A stretch of 64,000 bases of DNA from Meiothermus sp. GTDB lineage: Bacteria > Deinococcota > Deinococci > Deinococcales > Thermaceae. A program made the position numbers and the translations under genes. Where the stretch lies: positions 110,410 to 174,409 of the forward strand of contig JANRLD010000115.1 of the NCBI GenBank assembly GCA_033762915.1. Reading direction: 5' to 3'. Under the pieces are notes generated by a model. The model had not been told where the DNA came from and did no database searches. It worked only from the letters and a program-made list of their open reading frames with translations. This document shows, piece after piece, positions 18,113-25,829 of this stretch (positions are counted from its first letter, which is position 1; each line of letters begins with the position of its first letter).

Positions 18113-19116
18113 GCTTCCTCCTTTGCGGCAGCGGGTGTTGCTGCTTCCGCAGCTTCCTCCTTGAAAGTTTTGATGTAATCCGCCCAGATCGGCTGCTTAA
18201 CAAAGCCCATGGCCTCGTTTATGGCGAGCATGGGGCGGTTGCCCGCCTCGTTGCCGGTACGCAGCTCCCTGGCACCATAGGCCTTGGCGAACTGCAAGGC
18301 CTTGAGCTTGAGCGCCAGGGCCAGCCCCTTGCGGCGGTACTCGCGGCGGGTGCCCGTCAGGCCCACGCTCAGGTAGTCGCCGTCGGACTTCCAGAGGTTG
18401 GACTGCGCGGCGTATAGGCCGGTCGCCCTGTCCACCGCGAAGAAGTTGGCCTCGGGCAAAAAGTAACTGCTCTCGAACACCCACTTCTGCCAGTCCTCGT
18501 AGCTGATGGCGGTCGCGGGCTCGGGCCGGGGCACGTCCTCGCGTGCGGCCAGAAACATCTCGTAGGCCTTGCGCCGGTGCTCGGGGTCGGCCTCGAGCTC
18601 CTTCAGGCTCTTCAGCTCGAAGCCCGGCGCCTCCACCGCCTCGATCTTGCCCGCCCAAGGCGCGAAGTCGAAGCCCCGCACGTCCAGGCGCGACTCCCAG
18701 TACCTCATCTTCTCGGCGAAGCCGAGCTTCCGTAGCCAGGCGATCGCGTGGAGCTGGTCTTCGCGGGTGCTGCTCAGAATCGAGATGGGGTCGTGGGGCT
18801 TGAGGGCCTCGAGCAGCTCCCGCCACAGCGCCCCTCCGATACCCTGGCCCCGGTACTCGGGCCGCACCGTCACCCAGGCAGCGAACTTGTTGGGGTGGTA
18901 CATCCCCTCGAACTGGGTGTAGTCGGCCTCGGCGACGATCTTCCCCTCCACTTCGGCCACGAAGCGCCCCCAGCGCACCTCGGGCGCGTGGGTGGTGTCG
19001 TCCTCGCGCAGGCCCCCCTCGGCGTAGGCTTCGTCAGGCCAGGCCGCGTTGAAGACCTCGGCAATTGCGGGGTAGTCGGCCTCAGCGAAAGGGCGAATGA
19101 TTAGATTGATGACCAT
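18109..19116 (-). CDS. Tandem-domain GNAT acetyltransferase (array gene 5)
   Basis: SD GGGAGG; VRPEYRGQGIG and GLTGTRREYRRKGLALALK..NRPMLAINEAMGF. Confidence 0.9.
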   Translation of the reverse strand: MVINLIIRPFAEADYPAIAEVFNAAWPDEAYAEGGLREDDTTHAPEVRWGRFVAEVEGKIVAEADYTQFEGMYHPNKFAAWVTVRPEYRGQGIGGALWRELLEALKPHDPISILSSTREDQLHAIAWLRKLGFAEKMRYWESRLDVRGFDFAPWAGKIEAVEAPGFELKSLKELEADPEHRRKAYEMFLAAREDVPRPEPATAISYEDWQKWVFESSYFLPEANFFAVDRATGLYAAQSNLWKSDGDYLSVGLTGTRREYRRKGLALALKLKALQFAKAYGARELRTGNEAGNRPMLAINEAMGFVKQPIWADYIKTFKEEAAEAATPAAAKEEA

Positions 19117-19202
19117 ACAGTTGTCCTCCCTGGGGTTGCCAATGGTTTGGCTTGCATCGGCTATGGGCTGTGAGCGTCGGGCGGCTGTGCTACCCTGAAA
19201 GC

Positions 19203-19400
19203 GTGGGCAAGCAGATTCGTCAGAAAGCGGCTGCGTTGGTGACAACAGTCATCTTCGGGTTCCTCCTGTACAAGCTCCTCGAGCGCACCTTCGTGCTGAT
19301 CTGGGTCAACACGCCGTGGTGGGGGGCCTTGATCATGCTGGTGGTGCTGTTCCTGCTGATTGATTACATGGTGAGCCGGCTGTTCGGTACCAGGGATTGA
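19203..19400 (+). CDS. Small two-TM membrane protein (65 aa), antisense within the GNAT array
   Basis: GTG 6 nt after TACCCT; MGKQIRQKAAALVTTVIFGFLLYKLLERTFVLIW..., two hydrophobic helices. Confidence 0.75.
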   Translation: MGKQIRQKAAALVTTVIFGFLLYKLLERTFVLIWVNTPWWGALIMLVVLFLLIDYMVSRLFGTRD

Positions 19401-19458
19401 TAACGGTTTTCTGTCGTGATCTGCCCGTCAGTTCGCGTGGCGTCGCTCGAGCCTTGGC

Positions 19459-20496
19459 TCATAGCTCATTGCCAGTGACCGTAAATTCCTGACCCTCGAC
19501 AACCTTAGAAAACCTCAGCCAGCTCGGGTACGGCTTGAAGCCCAACTTGAGGTTCATCTCGTACATCACGCGGTTGGGCGGGTCGTTTGTGGTGCGGATT
19601 TCGCCCGAATACGGGCGCTGCCCGGTCGCATGGCCTTCACTGCCGCGCTGGGCCACCAGTTTCATCCCGCGCAGCTTGAGGTTGTGGGCGACCTTCTTGC
19701 CCCGATACTCGCGCATCACCCCGGTCATGTTGATGACCCAGGCCCCGGCCTCGGCGATGTAGGAGAGTTGGGTGTAGCCGACCATATGACCCGTTAAAGC
19801 GTCGTCGCGCTTGGGGTCGAGGGCGATCAAGACCGCCTCGGGCACGAAGTCGGGGGTCTGGGTCTCGTCCTTCTTGAACTGCTCGAACTCGCGCTTGGTG
19901 AACTCAAGGCCCATCGGCACGTCCTGGAACAGAATCCAGTCCAGTTCCCAGAGCTGACGCAGGGTGTCGTCGTTCAGGCCCAGCTCGGCAAGGCTTTTAA
20001 TCTCGAGGCCTTCGTCGCGCAGGGTCTGCTCGAGGTGGGCGTAGGGCCTGAAGTCGAACCCCTCGGCCTTCCAGCGGCTGTTCAGACGCTCCCACTCCTG
20101 CACGAAGCCGTGCTTGCTCAGGAAGCGCAGCCCTTCCGCCTTGTCCGACTCGCCGCCCGCAACCAGCTTTTTGGGGTTGCGCGGGGTCAGTTGCTCGAGC
20201 AAAAACCCATAGAACCGCGCCCCGATTCCGCGCCGCCGGAACTCGGGGTGAACCTCCACCCGAATCCAGTATTTGCCCTCCTCAAAGGCAAAGCCGTCCT
20301 CGTGGAAGCCGCCCGTCGCGACCAACCTGCCGTCCAGCTCGGCCACGTAGTCGGCGCGGAAGTATTTGGGGTCGCGCTGGCTCTCCCACAGCTCGAGCTT
20401 CTCCGCCGTGACGGGCCACTCGGGGTCGATCAGGTTGGCCAGTTCGGCCACCTGGGGCAGGTCGGCCTTGGTGCGGGAGCGGAGCTTCAGGCTCAT
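19459..20496 (-). CDS. Tandem-domain GNAT acetyltransferase (array gene 4)
   Basis: Start MSLKLR; VHPEFRRRGIG and MTGVMREYRGKKVA..NRVMYEMNLKLGF. Confidence 0.9.
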   Translation of the reverse strand: MSLKLRSRTKADLPQVAELANLIDPEWPVTAEKLELWESQRDPKYFRADYVAELDGRLVATGGFHEDGFAFEEGKYWIRVEVHPEFRRRGIGARFYGFLLEQLTPRNPKKLVAGGESDKAEGLRFLSKHGFVQEWERLNSRWKAEGFDFRPYAHLEQTLRDEGLEIKSLAELGLNDDTLRQLWELDWILFQDVPMGLEFTKREFEQFKKDETQTPDFVPEAVLIALDPKRDDALTGHMVGYTQLSYIAEAGAWVINMTGVMREYRGKKVAHNLKLRGMKLVAQRGSEGHATGQRPYSGEIRTTNDPPNRVMYEMNLKLGFKPYPSWLRFSKVVEGQEFTVTGNEL

Positions 20497-20990
20497 GTGA
20501 GTACCTCTCGGTAGACGCTTTCGATGGTGTGGCGGCGCTCCAGGGTCAGCTCGAGGCGCATGTCGTAGCGATCCAAGCCTTCCCAGTAGCCGTTGGGGGT
20601 GATGTGCTCGGTGATAAAACCTAGCCGCTCGAAAAACCCAAAGGTGTGCTGGCTGGTGTCGAGGCGTATGAAGGCGGCCTCGGGGTGGCAGGCGACGCGG
20701 GCCAGGCGCTCCAGCAGCAGCCGCTTGCCCAGCCCAGTGCCGTGCAGTTCGCGGCGCACCAGGCCCCAGCACAGCCCTGCCTCTTGCCGCTCTTGGTTGA
20801 GGTAATAGCCGCCGCAGCCCACGATTTTCCCGTCGCTCACGAGCACCAGATATACGCAACTGGGCAGTTTGAGGAAGGTCTCGAACTCCTCGCGCTCCTC
20901 GAGCGAGAAATACTTGGGCACGTTGGTGTCAAAGACCTCGAGGCAAGCAGCCATGTCGGCAGCGCTGTACTCGCGGATGTGCAGGCTCAT
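20493..20990 (-). CDS. Single-domain GNAT acetyltransferase (array gene 3)
   Basis: IVGCGG, LVRRELHGTGLG, GFFERLGF. Confidence 0.9.
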   Translation of the reverse strand: MSLHIREYSAADMAACLEVFDTNVPKYFSLEEREEFETFLKLPSCVYLVLVSDGKIVGCGGYYLNQERQEAGLCWGLVRRELHGTGLGKRLLLERLARVACHPEAAFIRLDTSQHTFGFFERLGFITEHITPNGYWEGLDRYDMRLELTLERRHTIESVYREVLT

Positions 20991-21928
20991 GGCTGCCACT
21001 CCTTAGCCATCTGCACAAAGGCAGGCTCTTTCTGGAAACCCATTGCCTCGTTGATGGCCAGCATTGGGCGGTTGAGCTGGTGGTTGCTGGCGCGGATGTA
21101 GCGCACCCCGTAGCCCTTAGCGAAGGCAGCGGCCTTGAGTTTGAGCGCCAGCGCAATCCCCTTGCGGCGGTGGCTGGCCAGCGTGCCGGTCAGGCCCGTC
21201 TGTAAGGTTTGTGGGCGGGAGGACTTGTAGAGTTCGCTGATGCCCACCAATCGGTCGCCTTCCACAGCGAAGAAGATGCCCTCGGGAATTAGTTTGGGGT
21301 CGGTGGTGTGGCGGGCCTGCCAGTTCTCAAAAGCCCAGGGGATCATCGGCTCAACCGAGGGCACATCGGGCATCAGCGTCACCTCGGTCAGGGCGTGCCA
21401 GTGCCGCTGGAACTCCTCGCTCTGCCAGTCGAACTGGCTCAAGGTCTTGATTGCAATGCTCTCAGCCAGAGGTCGCTCGAACGGCGCGGGGTCGAAGGCT
21501 TGCACGTCCAATATCGAGCCCCACCAGCGGTCAAACTCCACGAAGTTTTGGGTGCGGTAGAAGGCCACCTCGTCCCAATCCTCGCGCCCACTCGTTTGCA
21601 ATTCTTTAGGATTTTGCTTGGAGGTTTCTGCCATCAAAAACGCCCACATCTGAGGGGTTAGGTCTTTGTGCTCAGGAAGCACACGGTAACGCACATCCAA
21701 AGTTCCCGCCTTGGGGTTTTCGGGGCTCATGTATTCGACTAAGCCCACCACTTGCCCCCCAACCTCAACCAGCCAGCGGCCCAGCACCTCGTCACTACCT
21801 AGGCTCTTGTCCAGGTGTTGTATGTCGGGCACGGCTCGAGGAACCTCGGGGTGGGCGGCATTGAACACATCCACATAGGCCTGATAGTCGGAATCGGAAA
21901 AGGTGAAGGGGCGGATGGTCAGGCTCAT
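20987..21928 (-). CDS. Tandem-domain GNAT acetyltransferase (array gene 2)
   Basis: GLTGTLASHRRKGIALALK..NRPMLAINEAMGF; close paralog of 21925-22857. Confidence 0.9.
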   Translation of the reverse strand: MSLTIRPFTFSDSDYQAYVDVFNAAHPEVPRAVPDIQHLDKSLGSDEVLGRWLVEVGGQVVGLVEYMSPENPKAGTLDVRYRVLPEHKDLTPQMWAFLMAETSKQNPKELQTSGREDWDEVAFYRTQNFVEFDRWWGSILDVQAFDPAPFERPLAESIAIKTLSQFDWQSEEFQRHWHALTEVTLMPDVPSVEPMIPWAFENWQARHTTDPKLIPEGIFFAVEGDRLVGISELYKSSRPQTLQTGLTGTLASHRRKGIALALKLKAAAFAKGYGVRYIRASNHQLNRPMLAINEAMGFQKEPAFVQMAKEWQP

Positions 21929-22857
21929 GGTTTTAACTCCTTGTGCAAAACCACCAGCGCGGGTTCTTTGACAAAGCCCATCGCTTCGTTGATGGAGAGC
22001 ATGGGGCGGTTGATCTGGTGGTTGTTGGTGCGGACGTAGCGCACACCGTAGTCCTTGGCGAACGCGGCGGCCCGCAGCTTGAGGGCCAAGGCAATGCCTT
22101 TGCGGCGATGACTGGAGAGGGTTCCAGTCAATCCCGTTTGCAGAGTTTGCGGGCGGTTAGACTTGAACAGCATGGTTGTGCCCACCAGCTGATCCTCCTC
22201 CACCGCGAAGAAATACCCCTCGGGAATCAGGTTGGGCTCGGCGGCGTGGCGCTGTTGCCAGACCTCGAGTGGCCACGGATTAATTCGCTCTGCGGAGGGC
22301 ACGTCGCTCAGCAGAGCGATCATCATCGTGTACCAGCGTCTCACGAACGCCTGCGACTTCCAGTCGAAGTCGCTCAGGGGCTTGATCTCAATACCATCAG
22401 CAAGCGGTCTGTGAAAGGGCGCGGGGTCGAAGGTTTGCACGTCCAGCGTCGAGGCCCACATGCGGTCGAGTTCCACAAAGCCCTCGGCGCGATACCAGGC
22501 CACCTCGTCCCAGTCCTCACGCCCACCTGTTTGCAACACTCTGGGGTTCTGCTTGGCGGCCTCTGCCATCAGAAACTCCCACGTCGCGGCGGTCAATCCT
22601 TTGTACTGCGGGTGTAGGCGGTAGTGCACCTCGAGCGCCCCTGCCTTGGGGTTGCGCGGGCTCTCATACTCAACAATCCCCACAATTCGCCCCTCGACCT
22701 CGACCAGCCATCGGCCCAGCACCTCGTCCGCCCCTCTGGTCTTGTCCGCGTGCCGCACGTCGGTGACGACACGGGCGATCTCGGGGTGGGCGGCGTTGAC
22801 CGCGTCCACGTAGGCCTGATAGTCGGCCTCGGAAAAGTCGAACGGGCGAAGCTGCAT
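21925..22857 (-). CDS. Tandem-domain GNAT acetyltransferase (array gene 1)
   Basis: GLTGTLSSHRRKGIALALK..NRPMLSINEAMGF. Confidence 0.9.
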   Translation of the reverse strand: MQLRPFDFSEADYQAYVDAVNAAHPEIARVVTDVRHADKTRGADEVLGRWLVEVEGRIVGIVEYESPRNPKAGALEVHYRLHPQYKGLTAATWEFLMAEAAKQNPRVLQTGGREDWDEVAWYRAEGFVELDRMWASTLDVQTFDPAPFHRPLADGIEIKPLSDFDWKSQAFVRRWYTMMIALLSDVPSAERINPWPLEVWQQRHAAEPNLIPEGYFFAVEEDQLVGTTMLFKSNRPQTLQTGLTGTLSSHRRKGIALALKLRAAAFAKDYGVRYVRTNNHQINRPMLSINEAMGFVKEPALVVLHKELKP

Positions 22858-22866
22858 ACTGTCCCC

Positions 22867-23409
22867 CTAAAACTTGATCTCGGCGCTGGGCCGAACCTCA
22901 ATGCCCCTGAGCTTGCCGAACCCGTGGTCGGGGCCGATCATGCCGTCGAGCAGCTGGTTGTGGTACTCGACCACCTGCCGACCGCTGAGCGCGCCCTGGT
23001 CGGAGGCGCTGTGCCCGTCAGCCACCAGCGTCACCGCGTAGCCGAGGTAAGCGGCGCGGCGGCTGGTCACGTCCACGCAGAAAGGGGTCTGGAACCCGGT
23101 GATCACCAGGTGCTCGATCGAGCGGACCTCGAGTTCGGCCTGCAGATCGGAGTCCACAAACGAGTCCGCTGCCTGCTTGCGGATGCGAACATCGCCGGGC
23201 CGTGGGTCAAGCGCTGGGTGCACCTCCCACTCCGGCGTGCCGTAGCCGCCGACGTCGTCGTCTTGGATATAAACAACAGGGGTACGGGCGGCCCGAGCCT
23301 GCGCGATCAGGCTCGAGATGACCCCCAAGGTCTCCTCGGCCTGGTGGATGGGCCGACCGCTGAACATTCCCAGCTGCGCGTCAATGATCAGTAAGGCGGT
23401 CTGGTTCAT
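22867..23409 (-). CDS. Cysteine hydrolase (isochorismatase-like family)
   Basis: ALLIIDAQ, IRKQ..DSF, GFQTPFCVDVT: Asp-Lys-Cys triad. Confidence 0.9.
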   Translation of the reverse strand: MNQTALLIIDAQLGMFSGRPIHQAEETLGVISSLIAQARAARTPVVYIQDDDVGGYGTPEWEVHPALDPRPGDVRIRKQAADSFVDSDLQAELEVRSIEHLVITGFQTPFCVDVTSRRAAYLGYAVTLVADGHSASDQGALSGRQVVEYHNQLLDGMIGPDHGFGKLRGIEVRPSAEIKF

Positions 23410-24152
23410 TGCGCCTCCTTCCGCGCCACCGCCATGTACTCGATCTCGTCGAGGTCAATTGGGCGCTTACCCCAGTTGCCTGCCGTTCCGCCCCAGAAGT
23501 GCAGGATGCCTAACCCCGCCTCACGCATCATCCAGCGCAGCTCGGTGGGGAAAAGGCGGCGCTCGGGGAAGCGAAGCAGCTGTTTCTGGGCACCCGGCAG
23601 GTCCAACTCTTCTTGCTGAAGCTCCGTCATCGTCGCGGGGTCGAAGCGCCCGCTCTCTACGTCGGCTTGGGTGAGCTGTCGCACCCTGGAGTAGGGGTTG
23701 AGGGTGGTGAGCACAAACTGTGCCCCCGGCTTTAGCGCGCGGCTGACGTTGCCCAGAATGGCCAGGCTGTGGGCCTCGGGGTCGTCGCCCGGGTTCAGCA
23801 ACCCCAACGCGCCCTCACACAAGCAGATGGCCGCATCAAAGGTCCGGCCAGCCCGGTAGTCGGTCGCGTCGGCCTGGATCCACTCGACTTCAACACCTGC
23901 GGTCTCGGCGTTCTTGCGGGCCTGCTCGAGCATCCCCGCCGAGATGTCCACACCCGTCACCCTGTAACCACGCCGTGCGAACTCGACCGCATGGCGTCCC
24001 ACCCCGCAGCCAAGGTCGAGAACGCTCGAGCCAGCCGGCAACTCGAACAGCTCGAGCAGAAACTCCACCTCGGCCAAGGTGTTGCGGGTAAAGCTGTTCT
24101 CGAGGTACATCGGGGCGTGCTGGTCGAAGAAGTTCTTCCAAACGTGGCTCAC
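23406..24152 (-). CDS. Class I SAM-dependent methyltransferase
   Basis: VLDLGCGVGRH, VTGVDIS, FDAAIC, ALKPG; GTG start overlaps the kinase stop (GTGA). Confidence 0.9.
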   Translation of the reverse strand: MSHVWKNFFDQHAPMYLENSFTRNTLAEVEFLLELFELPAGSSVLDLGCGVGRHAVEFARRGYRVTGVDISAGMLEQARKNAETAGVEVEWIQADATDYRAGRTFDAAICLCEGALGLLNPGDDPEAHSLAILGNVSRALKPGAQFVLTTLNPYSRVRQLTQADVESGRFDPATMTELQQEELDLPGAQKQLLRFPERRLFPTELRWMMREAGLGILHFWGGTAGNWGKRPIDLDEIEYMAVARKEAQ

Positions 24153-25105
24153 AGGTAGGTCACCTCCATCGGGGTGAACTGGGTGGGGTTGTCGTGGGCG
24201 ATGCGCCAGACCCTGCGCAAGATTTCGCCGCCCTTGGGGTGCAGGCCCAGGTGGCTGAAGGTGCGGCATAGGCCGTTCACGTCGCGCTCGAGGATCTCCC
24301 TGGCCTTGGGGTTCTTGTCAAACTCGACCATCTGCGGGAAATCAATCACCACCACCCTGCCGTCCCACCAGAGCAGGTTGAAGGTCGAGTAGTCGCCGTG
24401 AACCTTGCCCTGGGCGAGCATCAGGCCCAGGTTTTGGACGGCCTGCTCGAGGGCCTCCTTGGCCTCCTCAACGCTCAGACCGGCCTCGCTAAGGCGGGGC
24501 GCGGGGCCTTCACCGTCGCCGATGAACTCCATCAGGATCACGTTGCCAGCGTGGGCGATGGGCCGGGGCACGGCTATGCCCGCCTTGTGCAGGGCGTGTA
24601 GCTGACGGTACTCCTCCTCCACCCACAGCACGTTCTGGGCGCTCACCCCGAACTGGGTACGCTGAAGGATGGCCTTGTCCATGCGCTGGTCGGCGATGCG
24701 GCGGCCCTGGCGGTAGAGGGCGTCGTTTTTGAATGAGCGGACTCGAGAATCCACGTACAGTTTGGCCGCCAGCGGCGCATTGGGGTCTTCGGGCCAGCTC
24801 TTCTCGGTGGCCTCGACCACGTATACCGTGGCCTCCTTGCCGCTGCGGAGCTGCCAGAGCAATTCGGAAAAATACTCTTTCTCGTATAAGTCTTGCAGTC
24901 CGGGGTCGCCGAACTTTGGGGCCTTGGGGTCTTTGGCGTTGGCCTCCAGGAGCTTCCTCACGCTCTGGCGGCGGGGCGGCTTGCGGGCCTTGCGGTGAGC
25001 CCGGTCGGCGAAGTATTCGTGGGCGTCTTCGGGCCGGTCGTCGTCGGGGTGGCTCGAGGCCTCGAGTTCATCCTCGAGCCAGTCTTGCGGGGTTAGGTCG
25101 TGCAT
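24149..25105 (-). CDS. RIO1-family atypical protein kinase/ATPase
   Basis: LRSGKEATVY, AAKLY, ILMEFIG, VHGDYSTFNLL, VIDFPQ. Confidence 0.92.
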   Translation of the reverse strand: MHDLTPQDWLEDELEASSHPDDDRPEDAHEYFADRAHRKARKPPRRQSVRKLLEANAKDPKAPKFGDPGLQDLYEKEYFSELLWQLRSGKEATVYVVEATEKSWPEDPNAPLAAKLYVDSRVRSFKNDALYRQGRRIADQRMDKAILQRTQFGVSAQNVLWVEEEYRQLHALHKAGIAVPRPIAHAGNVILMEFIGDGEGPAPRLSEAGLSVEEAKEALEQAVQNLGLMLAQGKVHGDYSTFNLLWWDGRVVVIDFPQMVEFDKNPKAREILERDVNGLCRTFSHLGLHPKGGEILRRVWRIAHDNPTQFTPMEVTYL

Positions 25106-25184
25106 GTTGGGAACCTCTGGGCATAGGGGGCAGGGAACGGGGGACGGAGGGTAGGCAGTCGGCGTTGGCGGTGCTGGCTTTCAT
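25068..25184 (-). CDS. Putative 38-aa Pro/Arg-rich upstream ORF overlapping the kinase start
   Basis: SD GAAAGGAG upstream; MKASTANADCLPSVPRSLPPMPRGSQHARPNPARLARG*. Confidence 0.45.
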   Translation of the reverse strand: MKASTANADCLPSVPRSLPPMPRGSQHARPNPARLARG

Positions 25185-25316
25185 AGGACACGCTCCTTTC
25201 GGGGGCATAGCGGTCGATGTCTGGCGCTTAGCTGCTGGGTACGGTGCTTAGCCCTGCGGCTTTAGCTGGCGGCCTGGTGCCAAGCGACCTCATCACATCA
25301 ACGAAAAACATCAACG

Positions 25317-25350
25317 AAAAAGCCGGGGGCTTGTGGTTCGCCCCCGGCTT
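25317..25350 (-). terminator. Intrinsic terminator (attenuator) in the leader of the RIO/GNAT operon
   Basis: 11-bp stem AAGCCGGGGGC/GCCCCCGGCTT followed by a U-run, 15 nt after the leader ORF stop. Confidence 0.85.
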
Positions 25351-25365
25351 GATTTATGGTGATTG

Positions 25366-25446
25366 TTACGTCAATACCATAAACACAGGGCGGCAAACCT
25401 TGATTCCAAAGACGGCATCGGCGTGCAGGTAGCAGTTTGGCATCAT
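25366..25446 (-). CDS. Putative leader peptide, 26 aa MMPNCYLHADAVFGIKVCRPVFMVLT
   Basis: Strong SD GAGGAGGTGA (25451-25460); lies between promoter and terminator. Confidence 0.7.
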   Translation of the reverse strand: MMPNCYLHADAVFGIKVCRPVFMVLT

Positions 25447-25486
25447 GGGTTCACCTCCTCGCGGTTAAGGATTCTTCGACCCAGCG

Positions 25487-25516
25487 AGTTTAGCATAGCC
25501 CTTTGCATACGTGCAA
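25487..25516 (-). promoter_or_regulatory. Promoter of the leader/RIO/GNAT operon with a palindrome over the -35 box
   Basis: TTGCAC-18 nt-TAAACT with extended -10 TGn; near-palindrome TTGCATACGTGCAA (25503-25516). Confidence 0.65.
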
Positions 25517-25829
25517 GATGGTCGTGAAGCTCAGAGCAAGCGTAAGGGCGATCCCCGACCTTGCCGGGGCTTTAGCAGCTGGCGAGCAGCTGCGCCCGCC
25601 TGTTTTCGGGGAAGCCAAGCCGGGCCACCTCAACTTGTCCCCTTGGGCCTTCGGCTCGCGTTGGCTCGAGCCACAGGGTCCACCCCGCAACCCTCGGCAG
25701 ATCGCCTAAACCCTGCCCCCTCTTCCCTCTTCCCTCTCGAAATTTCCGACCCTCATCGGAAATCCAATCATTAACACCTAAATTAAACAGCCCTGGTCAC
25801 AAAAATTGCCCAGTATGTTAACATCGTAG

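Noticed and set aside
12631..22857. GNAT array as an integron cassette array
   Set aside because: Genes overlap at stop/start codons, leaving no room for attC sites; no integrase is present
12631..22857. GNAT toxin-antitoxin modules
   Set aside because: No small RHH-type antitoxin genes; most proteins are tandem-domain GNATs unlike AtaT/TacT toxins
25366..25446. Leader ORF as a RiPP precursor modified by the kinase, methyltransferase and GNATs
   Set aside because: No exporter, protease or recognisable RiPP-recognition element; overlap with the antiterminator fits attenuation better, though a RiPP role is not fully excluded
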